DNA of 64,000 nucleotides from Chiloscyllium plagiosum (taxonomy: Eukaryota): assembly GCF_004010195.1 (NCBI RefSeq), contig NC_057718.1, positions 36,192,501 through 36,256,500 of the forward strand, written 5' to 3'. The notes under the pieces were generated by a model, which searched no databases, was not told the origin of the DNA, and saw only the letters and a program-made list of their open reading frames with translations. The translations under genes were made by a program, and so were the position numbers. Shown here in pieces: positions 1-12,460 of the stretch; within the stretch, counting starts at the first letter, position 1; each line of letters begins with the position of its first letter.

Positions 1-1484
1 ATGGGACTTAAATACACCACCTGCTGCTGACTGAGAAGTGAGAGTGCTACCAATTGAGTCACAATTGACATTCACAAAGAGTGTAATCAGTAAGAATATA
101 TGCCCTACAAAAGGTTTTGGATTACATGTAATCCTTCATCTGTTGGTTGTACAATTCCTTAAAAAAACTCAGTTTTAAATTTTAATATTTTGTCATTTCA
201 ATGACTTTAAAAGTCTGTTTCTCTTTTGTGAATTCCAAATAACATTTATGAGAACAATACTGAGATGCTTTAATTTCTGATTGCTTTCATCATCTGATAT
301 TCATCTACAGCTTTGTTAGCGGCAGATGTACTTCCTTTTTCTGTTTTGAATCTGCCCTTTCTCCTCTGTCAGAGAGCTAACAGCCCCATACACCTCATTA
401 ACCTGCCTCCTTTAAAAATAATAGTTCTGCAGCTGCAGTTAGTGGCAGCCTGATTTTGACATTACTCAAAAAGTTAATCAAAATCTTAAAGGAACAATTG
501 CTTTCATCAATAGAGAACGATTATATCCGGATTTCTGTCTGTCCTTTTTGTCCTTATCTTGCTGGAAATGTCGGATTTCTTCTATAATTGGCAGAGAAAA
601 AAAAGCACAGAATTCAAGGCGGGGCTGCCCGACCTCCATGAAGAATTACTCATTCCTCAACACCATACTATTGTTGCACTGGGAAGTTTTGCCAGTTATC
701 AGTAACACAACAGGTAATCTTGCTTCTGATCTTTGTACTGAAAGTCCTGAATTTGGGCACATTCAATCAGCTTTCAAGTGAGTGTGAGTCTATCGGAGGC
801 GATTCCTCAGAATCCAGACTCAATCTGGATGTCACTGAGAGCGACTACAACCAGACTAGTGTAGATAAAGGCATTCTTCTAACATTCAGTCTAGGAAGGA
901 GTATTGTTGGAGTGTGCTTTAACTGCAAAGAAAAGTAATCTGGTTCCTGTCAGTTGATGTTGCTCAAAAAGTACTTCATTCGATACTTCATTAATATTAG
1001 GCTTTCTCTCAGGCAGAAATATTACATGAGGGAGTTGTTGATTAATGAAGCATCGTTTTTTTTTAATACAAGCCAATGGATGCAAGGGCATCATTAGCTA
1101 CACTTACTTGATAACCTATTCCACAAGTAAAAATTCAAGCTAAATAAAATCATTATGTATAAAATGACATACAGGCTAAGAATTAGATGACATTCTAAAA
1201 AGAGCGAAGAACAAATTTCAAATAATTTATTGAGCCCAGAACTAACTGCAAATGCAATGAAGTGATTAGAAACTGCCATTCCAGGAGTATGACACATGAC
1301 AAATGCAGTGTCCTTTTTTGATTTGAAAATTTTCTTTTGCAAGATTGGCAAATAATGTAGGAGCTTGAAATTAATGGTCAAATGTGTTGTTCTTATGCAA
1401 CAGTTACGGGGGAATTGTAGTGAAAAAAGAAATATTTATTTAGAGGTCAATAGATATTAATTCCCTCCCACTCCAAAATTCTAC

Positions 1485-1551
1485 CTTTTTAGTTACTATT
1501 TGGACCATTGTCTCCAGTGCTCCAGCAGTACAGCACTTGGCACAATAGGAC
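1485..1551 (-). CDS. Candidate internal exon of an unidentified host gene
   Basis: Strong acceptor CTCTTTTCTATTTTCTCAG, open 67 bp (SYCAKCCTAGALETMVQIVTKK), donor AAG|GTAGAA. Confidence 0.3.
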
Positions 1552-1924
1552 CTGAGAAAATAGAAAAGAGTTAGAAGAGAGTACATTGTCAAATCTTTGT
1601 GTGCCTCCTGTCCTGTAGGCACTGATCATGACAGTAAAAATGTAACTAAGGACGCTGAGCTTTGGCAGGGAAGTTGAGATTTCAAGAATATTCTGTATGG
1701 TGAACAATACCCAAATGGGCACTACCAGTGGCAGTTACGATAAGCGTGTTTTTTGCTTTTACATATTGTGGTTATTTTAGGTTAATATCAGAAAAGCTTG
1801 TCAAGGCTTTGGCTATCTGATGATTTCTGCTCACATGAATCAGGGAGGTGTAACTAAATTATGCAGGACGACCAATATTTTCATTTTTTTAACACTGACC
1901 AACAAACTGTGAGGAAGTGAATCA

Positions 1925-2130
1925 GAACAAGCTGCCAGAGGAAGTAGTAAGGGTGGGTACATTTACAACAAAAGACATTTGCACAGGTTCATGGATAGGA
2001 ACGGTTTAGAGGGATGTGGGCCAAACACAAGCAGCTAGGACTGGTTCAGTTTTGGAAGCCTGATCAGCTTGGACGAGTTGGGCCAAAGGACTTGTTTCCG
2101 TGCTGTATACTTCTATGACTCTATGACTGT
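1925..2130 (+). mobile_element. CR1 3' end
   Basis: CTGCCAGAGGAAGT...GTTTCCGTGCTGTA and (CTATGACT)n tail. Confidence 0.8.
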
Positions 2131-2455
2131 AAATACAATGATCTTCCACCCATCAAATTTCCAGTCTCCACTGTCTCTATAACAATGACAATAATATCAA
2201 TGTAACCTGGAATTAGTTGTGAACATGCAATAAACTATCTCTTGTTTGATTAAAAAAAAGCCTCTTCTGATAAACCAGTACGTGGTTTTCCTCTATCACA
2301 CTCGGCCAAGAAGGCCCTGTAGATCCCTACACTTAGAGGATGGTGGCAGCAAACTTATGTATGACGTGGTGCACACTCAGTTCAGCTACACATACGGGCA
2401 GTGTGTGGACCAAATCTTTGTTTCACTATTCAGTATCAGTTGTAGATTCATTATA

Positions 2456-2617
2456 AAGGAGAAAGTGAGGTCTGCAGATGCTGGAGATCAGAGATGGAAA
2501 TGTGTTGCTGGAAAAGCACAGCAGGTCAGGCAGCATCTAGGGAACAGGAGAATCGACGTTTCGGGCATTAGCCCTTCTTCATTCCTGAAGAAGGGCTAAT
2601 GCCCGAAACGTCGATTC
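2456..2617. mobile_element. Short fold-back Penelope-like insertion with hammerhead core
   Basis: PLE terminal sequence then inverted copy; TSD GATTCATTATA at 2445-2455 and 2613-2623. Confidence 0.85.
2581..2616 (+). ncRNA. Minimal type I hammerhead ribozyme core
   Basis: CTGAAGA-A-GGGC TAAT GCCC-GAAA-C-GTC; stem I weak. Confidence 0.7.
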
Positions 2618-2944
2618 ATTATAGAACTCTTGCCAAGTTCTCAAAAAGAAGGTAGCAGATCCTAATGCCATTCTAGAGTTTAATCATTCAGGCTGATACT
2701 TCAGCGCTATTTCCGAGGAGATGCTGCACATTTAGAGGTGCTATCTTTTAACCAAGATGCAGTCAATTCATAAAATCCCTCCCAGAAGGAAAAATAAATT
2801 TTAATCAGTTGAAGAAAGCAATTGTATCTAAGTGGTTTATCTGGCGTATACTAGGGTTCAAGTGGAACAATTTAGAAATCCAATCGAAAAATAGATAGTG
2901 CTTTGATTTGTTTTTTCTGTAGCTGGAGACAGTTGTTAGATGGT

Positions 2945-3140
2945 CAGAGAAAGTGAGGACGACAGATGCTGGGGATCAGAGTCAAAACGTGTGGCACTGG
3001 AAAAGCACAGCAAGTCAGGCACCATCCGAAGAGCAGGAGAGTCGACATTTCAGACATAAGCTTACGCCCGAAACGTTGACCCTCCTACTCCTCGGATGCT
3101 GCCTGACCTGCTGTGTTTTTCCAGTGCCTCATCTTTTGAC
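2945..3140. mobile_element. Older fold-back Penelope-like insertion
   Basis: Imperfect palindrome; degenerate 17-bp TSD GACAGyTrTTAGATGGT at 2928-2944 and 3138-3154. Confidence 0.8.
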
Positions 3141-4179
3141 AGCTATTAGATGGTGCCATTTAAGAGCATCATCAGACTGTCACACTGTTTTGTGTTATTA
3201 ATTGGCTATGTAAGGCCTCAATACACCCACGGGCAGGTGCCCTCTTGACCAATATTGTGCAGGACACAGGAGCCGGAGGTAGTGGTGCATGGGAATGAGC
3301 TGGAAAGGTCATGCTTTTTACTTTACAAGTCTCATGCCTTAAAATATGCCAGCAGGAGGCTGTAAGATCCAGTCACACAATTCAATAGCATAAAAGTGCT
3401 TTTGGGTGTCATGAGGTAATGGAAAATGCAAGCTCCTACTTTGTCATTTACTTGAAAGTTACATTGTTGAACTCTTTGGAGGTACAGACACCAAAGCCGT
3501 GAAAATGTTTACATGAAAATGTTTTCTCAAGAAAAGGAGGATCAAAGGGTGAGCATCTCTTTGTTCTTTCAGTGCACCTCTTGTCTAAACCTACAATTGA
3601 GAAGTCAGCCAAAGGAAATTACCTCTAGGATAAGAATAATCAGGACTGGAAATTCCTTTAGATTTATTTTATTTCTGTAATGATATATCTAACTCCCATT
3701 GTTATGTTCCAACAAGGGGTATTAATACATTCCTCAGACAATTACAAACACACTGCATACATTTTTTTCAAAGAGTGGCTCTCAGGGATAATGTGGATTT
3801 TAAAGAAAAATAGCAACTTACAGTTACAAAAAGATGGTAGAGATGATAACTGTAAAGGAAGTTAAGATGAAATAGAGTGAGACACCATTTCTGTGCTAAT
3901 GCATTATCTTTCTTTTTTTAAAAAAAAGAACATCCTTATTAAAAGGAGAAGCCAGCACAGACAGGAATATAGAAACAGAAGTAGACTCTCCTACTTTTGT
4001 CGCCATTCAACTAGGTCAGATGCCTGAGCCGAATGTCAACTCGATCTACCTATTTTCGCCTATGAACCTTAGTACCTTTAGATAGACAATGCTATCATTC
4101 TCAATTCTGAGATTTTCAATTAATTGTCCTGTCATTTTAAGAGAGAGAGTTTCGATTTCCCCTATCTCTTGTATAAAAT

Positions 4180-4285
4180 CTGACAGAAAAAGAAGTTCTG
4201 GAGTATCTCAACAGGCCTGCAGCATCTGTTGTGAGAGAAGCAAAGTTAATGTTTCAAGTCTGATCTGGCTCTTCTTCAGAACTCA
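4180..4285 (-). mobile_element. Old PLE terminal fragment with decayed hammerhead
   Basis: Minus strand AGTT-CTGAAGA...GAAAC-ATT-AACT (4283-4244); similar relic at ~62985-63085. Confidence 0.55.
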
Positions 4286-6017
4286 GACACCACTCAGTGA
4301 CAGGTCTATATCTATTACTATGTGAGACGACCAAACCATTTTTTCATTACTTTGAAGAACATAAGGCAGTGGGGTTTTAAAACCAGGACACTGGACAGGC
4401 TGTTGTGTAGTGCAATGTTGGAGGAATGTTCAAAATGACTGAAGCTGGGCAAAGTTTTTCACTTGGATATAGCACAGAATACAGAAATATTATCCTGCCT
4501 CATATAATCTTTATTTTGTCTCTGATGCAAGAACATAGGTTGTACCAATTAGGCAAAATGATCAATCATATGTTGCTTCATGAGTCAAATAAAATAAATC
4601 TCCTTCGGACGCTAAATAGAACTTCTCAAAAACAACATGAAATTGCATCTGGATTTGAAGAGAATCAAGAAGTCCACATGATTATCCTGATCAGATTGAA
4701 GGGGATATTATTACATATTATGCTATTGTGCAATACAAGAGGCCTTGATATAAGCTAGGTCCTAGCTGCTAGGCGTTCATGGAATTGCAGTTAATCTCCG
4801 ATCATCTCCCGAGAACAACAACTCGGCAGTCACCATTGATTGAAGGATGACTATTGGCTTAGTATCAGTGTTAGCACTGCTACTCTTCTTCGAAAATTTG
4901 AAATCCTCTTATAGCCACAGGCAGGGCCTCAATGTAATAATTAACCTGTACCTCTACATTTCCAGAATGACTTCCGGATTGCACTGGGGTAACTGCCTAG
5001 ACTTTTGTACTCATATTAAGAAAGGGTCTTTAGCCTACAAGTTTCTGACTTAGTTTCAAGAATTTACCCATTGTACCAAGGGAATGGAATCGGTTTTGAA
5101 AGGATTGATGTTGGAGATTTCATTGAGCGCCACCTAATCTGATGATATAATAGTCTTGTGTGAGTTAAAGGTAAGTCTAGCATGATCCCAATTAGGAAAG
5201 ATGTGTCATCATTGTCTCATGATTGTTTTAGACATAATAAACAAAACAGTGTAACATCTATTTATTATTATACTATGAACTATACTTGAAAGACAAATGC
5301 CTCTTCTTGTTAAGACTCACTAATAGTTCATGCTCTATCACTATTAACCTAATAGAACTTTGCATCTAGCATAGAAAGGAACATTTCATTCTGAGGGCAG
5401 TGGTCACTGCTGGGGCAGGGGTCCATCATTAGTCCTGGAGATAACATGTTAATCTAATTTTTGTAGCTTTCTGTTACACTTCTGTATGCTTCCCTTGACT
5501 GTTTGATTTTTTATATTACCAGAGGCTGATTAACTAGTAAGGTTTCTTTATAACAGTAGAAAGCAGGATTGGTGACAGCACCCTCTCTGAGCCATTAGCT
5601 GGTGGCAGTTAACTCCACAACACTTACAGCCAGGTGATCCATAGTGGGATTGTTTATTTAATAACACAAGATAACAATGGGGAAACAAATGCATGGGACA
5701 TAGAAAAAGAAAATCAGTAGACAACTGAGTTTCCAGCTTTAAATACTTAACCATTTCAAGAATAATCAGACAGTAGATTCAAAGGATGGGATTGAGTGAG
5801 ATTAAAGTGCCTGGAACAACTATTATTAATATTGCAGAGGGGGTAAGGTGGTGAGCTGTTCTAAGTGAGTGAATAGGTATTTCCAGAGTCATGCAGGGTT
5901 AGTAGTCTGGGACGTGGAAGGGAGAGTATGAGTGAGGGAAGATGTTGCATGCAATAGTGCGAGTGAGTGAGTCTTGGTGGCAGGTGGGTGTAACAGCAGT
6001 GGGAAGATAATGGTACT

Positions 6018-6250
6018 TTCCTGGGCAGAATGGAAATGGTCATTGCCCTTCTTCATAGACTTCTGGATGTTCCTCCGTTGTGTCAGCACTGACCCAAGTG
6101 GTAAACTCAGAACATGCTAGCAGGGTTGAGAGAGCTGCCTCCTCTGGTGTTCCTGGGTAAAGAGGACAGCCCCTCTTCTGCACCATCTCATCCACCCAGA
6201 ACCTCCCAGTACCTGCTGGACAAGTGGATGCTAATTTTCCCTTATCTACC
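6018..6250 (-). mobile_element. Decayed Myb/SANT-like ORF of a Harbinger-type DNA transposon
   Basis: Frameshifted GKLA...LEVLVDEMVQ.R.VL...W.E....VSA..RRNIQK..KK.ND pattern typical of Harbinger Myb/SANT partners. Confidence 0.5.
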
Positions 6251-7691
6251 ATGTGCAGAATTGCTCCCAATGACACTGTTTGATTGGAGGCACGATGGCC
6301 CTTTAAATATGACATTGGTGCCAGGAATCCTGGGAGATCCCAGCATAGTGCATACTTCCACTAATGGCAAGTGGAAGAATTGGACAAGAGAGATGCCTTA
6401 AGGGCATGGTGCCTTGCTAATGAGGTGACTTTGAGATGACTGAGCGAGAAAACTTGCTAGCTCTTGTGGGGAGGAAGCCTTCAGGAAACTTGCTAAAAAT
6501 GATACCTGGCAGACTTCTGTTAAGGTTCAACCCAGACAGTAGGCAGTTGCAAGCACATGAACAAACAAAGCAGTCAGCAGAACTCATTGTGTGAGTAAAG
6601 TCAAGATCCCTGTCGGGCAAGTGGGGAAAACAAACTTTAAATAAACATGCAAAGGAGCAAGCAGGAATAGATAGAATTTAAACAACTGACTATTCACAAT
6701 TAGCACCATCACCAAAATGAATGCACACTAGAAGGTATAGAGATAGTGATGAAGTCAAGAATCATAGACTACACAGCATTGGAACTATCAGGGAGCAGAT
6801 TTACTGCTACAAAAAGGTCAACTGAAAAAGCAAGCTCAGTCTAAGAGAAGATAGAAGTGTTTTAAAACTGTGATAAAAATGAGACATTGATCATTTAAAC
6901 TGCAACTTTGGCAGGTCAGTTTATTAGAAACACAGCTACAAATCTTGATTTGGAAAAGTTTGGAGAGGGACATGAATGGTGTTTTAAAATGCAAAGGGAG
7001 GAATGGGTCTGCTTTGGCCATAAAAAGTGGAAAAGTTTCATCGTAGTTGCAGAAGGCAAGAAAACCTCCAATTTACTCACAAAATAGGGGATGCTACCAT
7101 TTTGACTACAGAAAGGTCGGACAAGCTACAATGACAGTACAAGCATACAACATTGTTCTTTCATAGAATTTGAAGCTTCATTAGAAGAAAATACTATATT
7201 TCATATTTGGTATCCTGAACACTTCAAAAGTTTGTAAAACAAAGATGAGAAAACAACATTGCTTTTGTATAGAATTTAAAATCTATTTGGCAGCGAGATG
7301 GAACAGCAACATTTAGATATTGGGAATTTAAAATGACTTTAGTGAAAGAAGAATACTTGCATCAAGAAGACATGGGAGAAGAAATAATGTGTCACAAAAC
7401 TTAATGTCAGAAACAGAACACCTGATAGGATATCTTGAAAAAACAATTTAAGGTACATAATTGCTTCAAAATTAAGTCAAACCAAACAAAAAAAATACAC
7501 CCAAACAAGAAAATTCTAAAGACCTTTGTCAGAGCATATAAGTAATTGAAAAATAAAAAAAAGATAGAATATATTTGAAAACACTTTTCTGGCTTTTGAC
7601 AATTACTTTGATCTGAGAACAATAAACATCATGAAAGAGCAAAATTTAATAGAAGATTTCAACATTCTGAGAACTTGCAGATAATTTCATA

Positions 7692-8430
7692 AAACATAGA
7701 ACAGTGCATCATAGGAACAAGTCCTTCAGTTCCACCATGTCTATGCTGACCATGATGCCATTCTGAACTAATCCCATCTGCCAGTACATGGTCCATATCC
7801 TTCTATTCCTGCCCGTTCATGCATCTGTCAAAATGCCTCTTAAGCATTGCAATTGTTTCTGCTTCTACCACCTCCCCAGGCAACACGTTCCAGGCACCTA
7901 CTACACTCTGCATTAAAACCTTGCCTCGCACATCTCATTTAAACTTTACCCTCTTATTTCAATCTCTCTAAATCTAGTTTGACATTTCTACCCTCGGAAA
8001 AAAGACTCCCAACTATCCACCTTATTCATTACTTTCATAACTTTATATGTTTATCAGGTCACCCTTTAGCCTCCAATACTCCAGCAAAAACAATCCAAGT
8101 TCTTCTAACCACTCCTTATAGCTAAAACACTCCAATCCAGACAAAATCCTGGTGGACCTCTTCTGCACCCTCTCCAAAGTCTTCACATTCTTCCCATAAG
8201 TGGTGACCAGAACTGCACACAATACTCCAAATGTGGTCTAACAGAAGTTTTATACAGTTGCAACATGACTTGTTGAATTTATACTCAATATGTTCCCTGA
8301 CTGATGAAGGCAAACATGCCGTATACCTTCTTTCCACCTTATCCCACTTGTGTTGCCATTTTCAGGGAGTTACGGACTCGGGCCCCAAGAGCTCTCTGAA
8401 TATCAGTGCTCCTAAAGGGTCCTGCCATTT
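7692..8430 (-). mobile_element. CR1 LINE 3' fragment
   Basis: RPHLEYCVQFWSP-like sequence and 3' tail on minus strand. Confidence 0.85.
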
Positions 8431-8877
8431 CCTGTTTGTTTTATACTTTATTTAATTGACGATCTCTATAGATTAGTGCAAAACTGTGACTAGATCACTT
8501 TGAAATTAGAATTCATAAGAGACAGAATTGTTGCAGGAATCTTTGAGTCTTTGTCAGCTCTATTATAGACCAGAAAGGATTTGAACTCAGAGACAGCTAT
8601 TCAAATTATGCTGGAAGATACATGTGAGAAGGGGCCAATAAAGAAGGTTCACCAACTGGATTCCCGTGATGGTGGGCTTGTTCTTTGGGGAAGTCTATAT
8701 TCTTTGGCATTTAGATGATAGAGAGTTTCTGTCATTGAAACATATAAAATTTCTCAGGACTCAATAGGATTGATGCTAAAGGAATGTTTCTCCGTATTGT
8801 GGAGTTTAGTCCAAGAAGTCCCAGAATTGGAAGACATTTTGGACTAAGGTGACAAATTTCATTCCTGAAAATGAACC

Positions 8878-9065
8878 TGTAGTGATTGGAACCAGTTGGA
8901 TCTTGTTGACTGTGAGATTTTTGATTGGGCTTGTTAATCTTGGTCAATCCGGAAAACTGCGGCTGACCAATGTAACTAGGAGTTTAGAATCTACTCAGCT
9001 GGCTGTGCTCTGGAAAATAAAGTGGGACTTGCTGATGGGATACTGGCCTCTGTGGAATTATTTCA
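8878..9065 (+). mobile_element. Solo LTR (188 bp), probably Gypsy-type
   Basis: TG...CA ends; 5-bp TSD GAACC at 8873-8877 and 9066-9070; homologous to 28871-29068. Confidence 0.75.
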
Positions 9066-9919
9066 GAACCTTTCAATGCATTCTGTTGTGATATATTTTG
9101 CATAAGCCCTTCAGTGACAATAATTATTCACCACTTGACAGGAAACATTTTATTCCAGAACTGAATTTCATGGTGCATGTTTTCCTCTAGACTATTGCTT
9201 CTAACTAAAAATAGACATATCACCCAGCATTGTTTTAATTTCTCACAAATTAGGTCTTTTCAAATGAAATGCAAACTTCCACTCACATTCCAGCATAGTA
9301 AACAATAAAAGCTTTCAACCTCCAGCTGCATTTTCTCTCTCGGACTCTGGTTAACCAATTGTGTCAGATACTTCAGGAAAACTTCTAACCAATATCACAA
9401 TGGCTTCCTCTGTAACTTCCCCATCTTAATGTGCACATCATTGATATGGACAATGGAAATCTCATGGGTGTTGTATCCAGATAGAGGTGCAGATTAGATA
9501 ACTCCAGCACTCCAACTCTCTTATCTTGGAAGAAAATTGATAATTGAAAGCATGCCTTTTGATATTTGGGCACATTTAACACTTGCCTGGGAATTGGAGA
9601 CCTAGAGTCTTTTCAACAGCTACATTTGCCATAGTATGGAAATCTGAATACCCTCCACTTACTTTCCAATCAAACAGTCTAGGCATTCTTTTTATCAATA
9701 ACAGTCCATCACTCAGAACTGTTGGCAGGCAAACTTCAGAACGGTCTTATGTTTATCATAATTTCACCCAAAATGTAAGGCACAGTAGCAGCATACTCAC
9801 AATATATGTTCATATGAATTAGAGCAGGAGTACGTCACGTAGACCCTTAAGCCTGCTCTGCTGTTCAGAAGGTAATGAGTGTTCTGGTAACTTCACAGTC
9901 CTGCCCATCCCAGAATATA

Positions 9920-10737
9920 GATAGATTGGAGAGTCAGCACAGAAATGGCAGATGGAATTCGATCCAGGCAAGTATGAGGTGATGCATTTTGGAAGATCCA
10001 AATCAAGAGCAAACTATATGGCAAATGGAAAAGTCCTGGGGAAAATTGACGTACAGACAGATCTAGGTGTACCCTGAAGACAGCGCAGGTCGATAGAGTG
10101 ATCAAGAAGGTATAAGGCATGCTTTCCTTCATCATACGGGGTATTGAGTACAAGAGTTGGCAGGTCATGTTACAGTTGTATAGGACTTTGGTTCGGCCAC
10201 ATTTGGAATACTGTGTACGTTCTGGTCGCCACGTTACCAAAAGGATGTGGATGCTTTTGACGGGGTGCAGAGGAGGTTCACCAGGATGTTGCCTGATATG
10301 GAGGGTGTTAGCTATGAAGAGAGATTGAGTACATTAGGATTATTTTCATTAGAAAGATGGAAGTTAAGGGGGAACTTGATAGAGGTCTACAATATCATGA
10401 GATGTATAGACAGGATGGATAGTAAGAAGCTTTTTCCCAGAGTAGGGGACTCAATTACTAGAGGTCACAAGTTCAAGGCAAGAAGGAAAGAGTTTAAGGG
10501 AGATATGCATGTAAAGTTCTTTATGCAGACGGTGGTGGTAGCCTGGAACATGTTGCCAGCGGAGGTGGTAGAGGTGAGCACGATAGCGTAATTTAAGATG
10601 TATATAGAGAGATACATGAATGGGCAGGGAGCAGAGGGATACAGATCCTTAGAAAATTGGCAACAGGAGGATTTGGTTTGACACAGGCTTGGAGGGCCGA
10701 AGGGCCTGTTCCTGTGCTGTAATTTTCTTTGTTCTTT
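9920..10737 (+). mobile_element. CR1 LINE 3' fragment nested in an older minus-strand CR1
   Basis: LYRTLVRPHLEYCV, VQRRFTRMLP, LGLFSLE. Confidence 0.9.
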
Positions 10738-12460
10738 GATCTATCCCCAGTATCCCTTCACCAAATTGGTTTCAAGAATCTTTCCTTAAGTATTTTTTAA
10801 GGAAGGTGTACTTCCTACGCCTTTTGAGGAGGAGTTCAAAAAAACCTATGATTCTCCATGAACACATATTTCTCATCATCTCTGTTCTAATTGGTTGACC
10901 CCTTATTTAAACAATGATCATTAGTTCTAGATTCTCAAAGAGAGGATATTCCCTTTCCAAATCTAACCTATCCAGACTCCTCAGCTTCAATTAAGTCACC
11001 TCTTCCTGTTCAAAACTCCGGTGGATATGAGTCGAGGCTGTCCAACCTCCCTGTTTTTGTATTCAATTTCCCTCAAAATAAATGATAACATTCTGTTAGC
11101 TTTGCTAATTACTTATTGTAACGGTATTCAAAACTTTCATGATTTATGTGCTCGGCTACACAGATCCCTCTGCATCTCAAAGCTCTGAAATAGCTCACTA
11201 TCTAAATAATAAGCTTTTCTTTAGTGTTTGTACCAAAATGGACAACTTCATGTTTTTCCACATTGTATTTTATTTGCCAGATTTTTGCCCATTCATTTAA
11301 CCTATTTGTTACCTTTGAAGCCTCCTTATGCCCATTTTGCAACTTACTTTCCAACTTTATCCTTGTGACATCAATATATTTAGCAACCTTACGTTCTGTC
11401 CCTTCTTTCAAATCATTTATATAAATGGTAAAAAGTTGAAGACCCAGTATTGATTCCTGTAGCTCATTATGACTTGACAATTTAAAACTGACCCATTTAC
11501 ATCCAAAATCTGTTTCCTATTAGCTAGTCAATCTTCCATTCACTTGACATGTTGCTTCCTATGCCATTAGCTTTTATTTTTGCAATAATCTTCGATATGA
11601 TACCTTACTAAATGTCTTCTGGAAATCTAAGCACATTTAACACTTCCCCTTTATCTACAATACATGTTACTTCCTGAAAGAAACTCCACTAAATTGATTA
11701 CATATGATCTCCTTTCACGAAACTGTGTTGACATCACTTAATTAAACCTTTCTAAATGCTTGCTACACTGCCTTTAATAATAACTTCTAATATCTTCCCA
11801 ATGTCAGATGTTAAACTAATTGGTCTGTGGTTTCCTGCTTTCTGTCTCATTGTCTTCTTAATTAAAGGAGTGACATTCACTATTTTCGAATCCAAGGGAA
11901 CCTTTCCCAAATCTAAGAAATTTTAGGAAACTAAAGGTAAGAGCATCAAATATCTCTCTGGCCATTTCTTTTAAGATCCTGGGGTGAAGTCCAACAGGAT
12001 CCAAGGACTGGTTAAACTGCAGTTCCAATAGTTTGCTCAGTTCCCCTTCCCTGAAGGCTGCAATTTTCTTGAATTCTTTCCTCTCTTCCACTTCCTGATT
12101 TACAGCAATTGATGGGATGTTACTTGTGTCCTTAACTGTGAAGACCAATGTAAAATACCTGCCATTTTCTTATTAATTAATTAATGCTATGAATTCTCCA
12201 GAAATACTTTCTAAAGGACAAATGCTTACTGTGTTACATTATCTATAGAAACTCCTACCATCTGTTTTAAAACTTCTAGCTAGCTTAATTTTTCTCTCTT
12301 CATTCACGTTTTAGCCACTCATCGCTAGTTTTTTTTATATTCTGTCAAATCTTCTGACCTGCCACTCATCTTTGCATAAGTATATCACAATAATAATAAT
12401 GCTTTTTCTTTTACTTTGATCTTACATTTAACAATTTTAGTTAACTATGGAAGATGGTTA
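10738..12460 (-). mobile_element. Older CR1 RT region (3' tail piece at 9820-9870)
   Basis: QESILGLQLFTIYINDL, GLHPRILKEMA. Confidence 0.85.
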
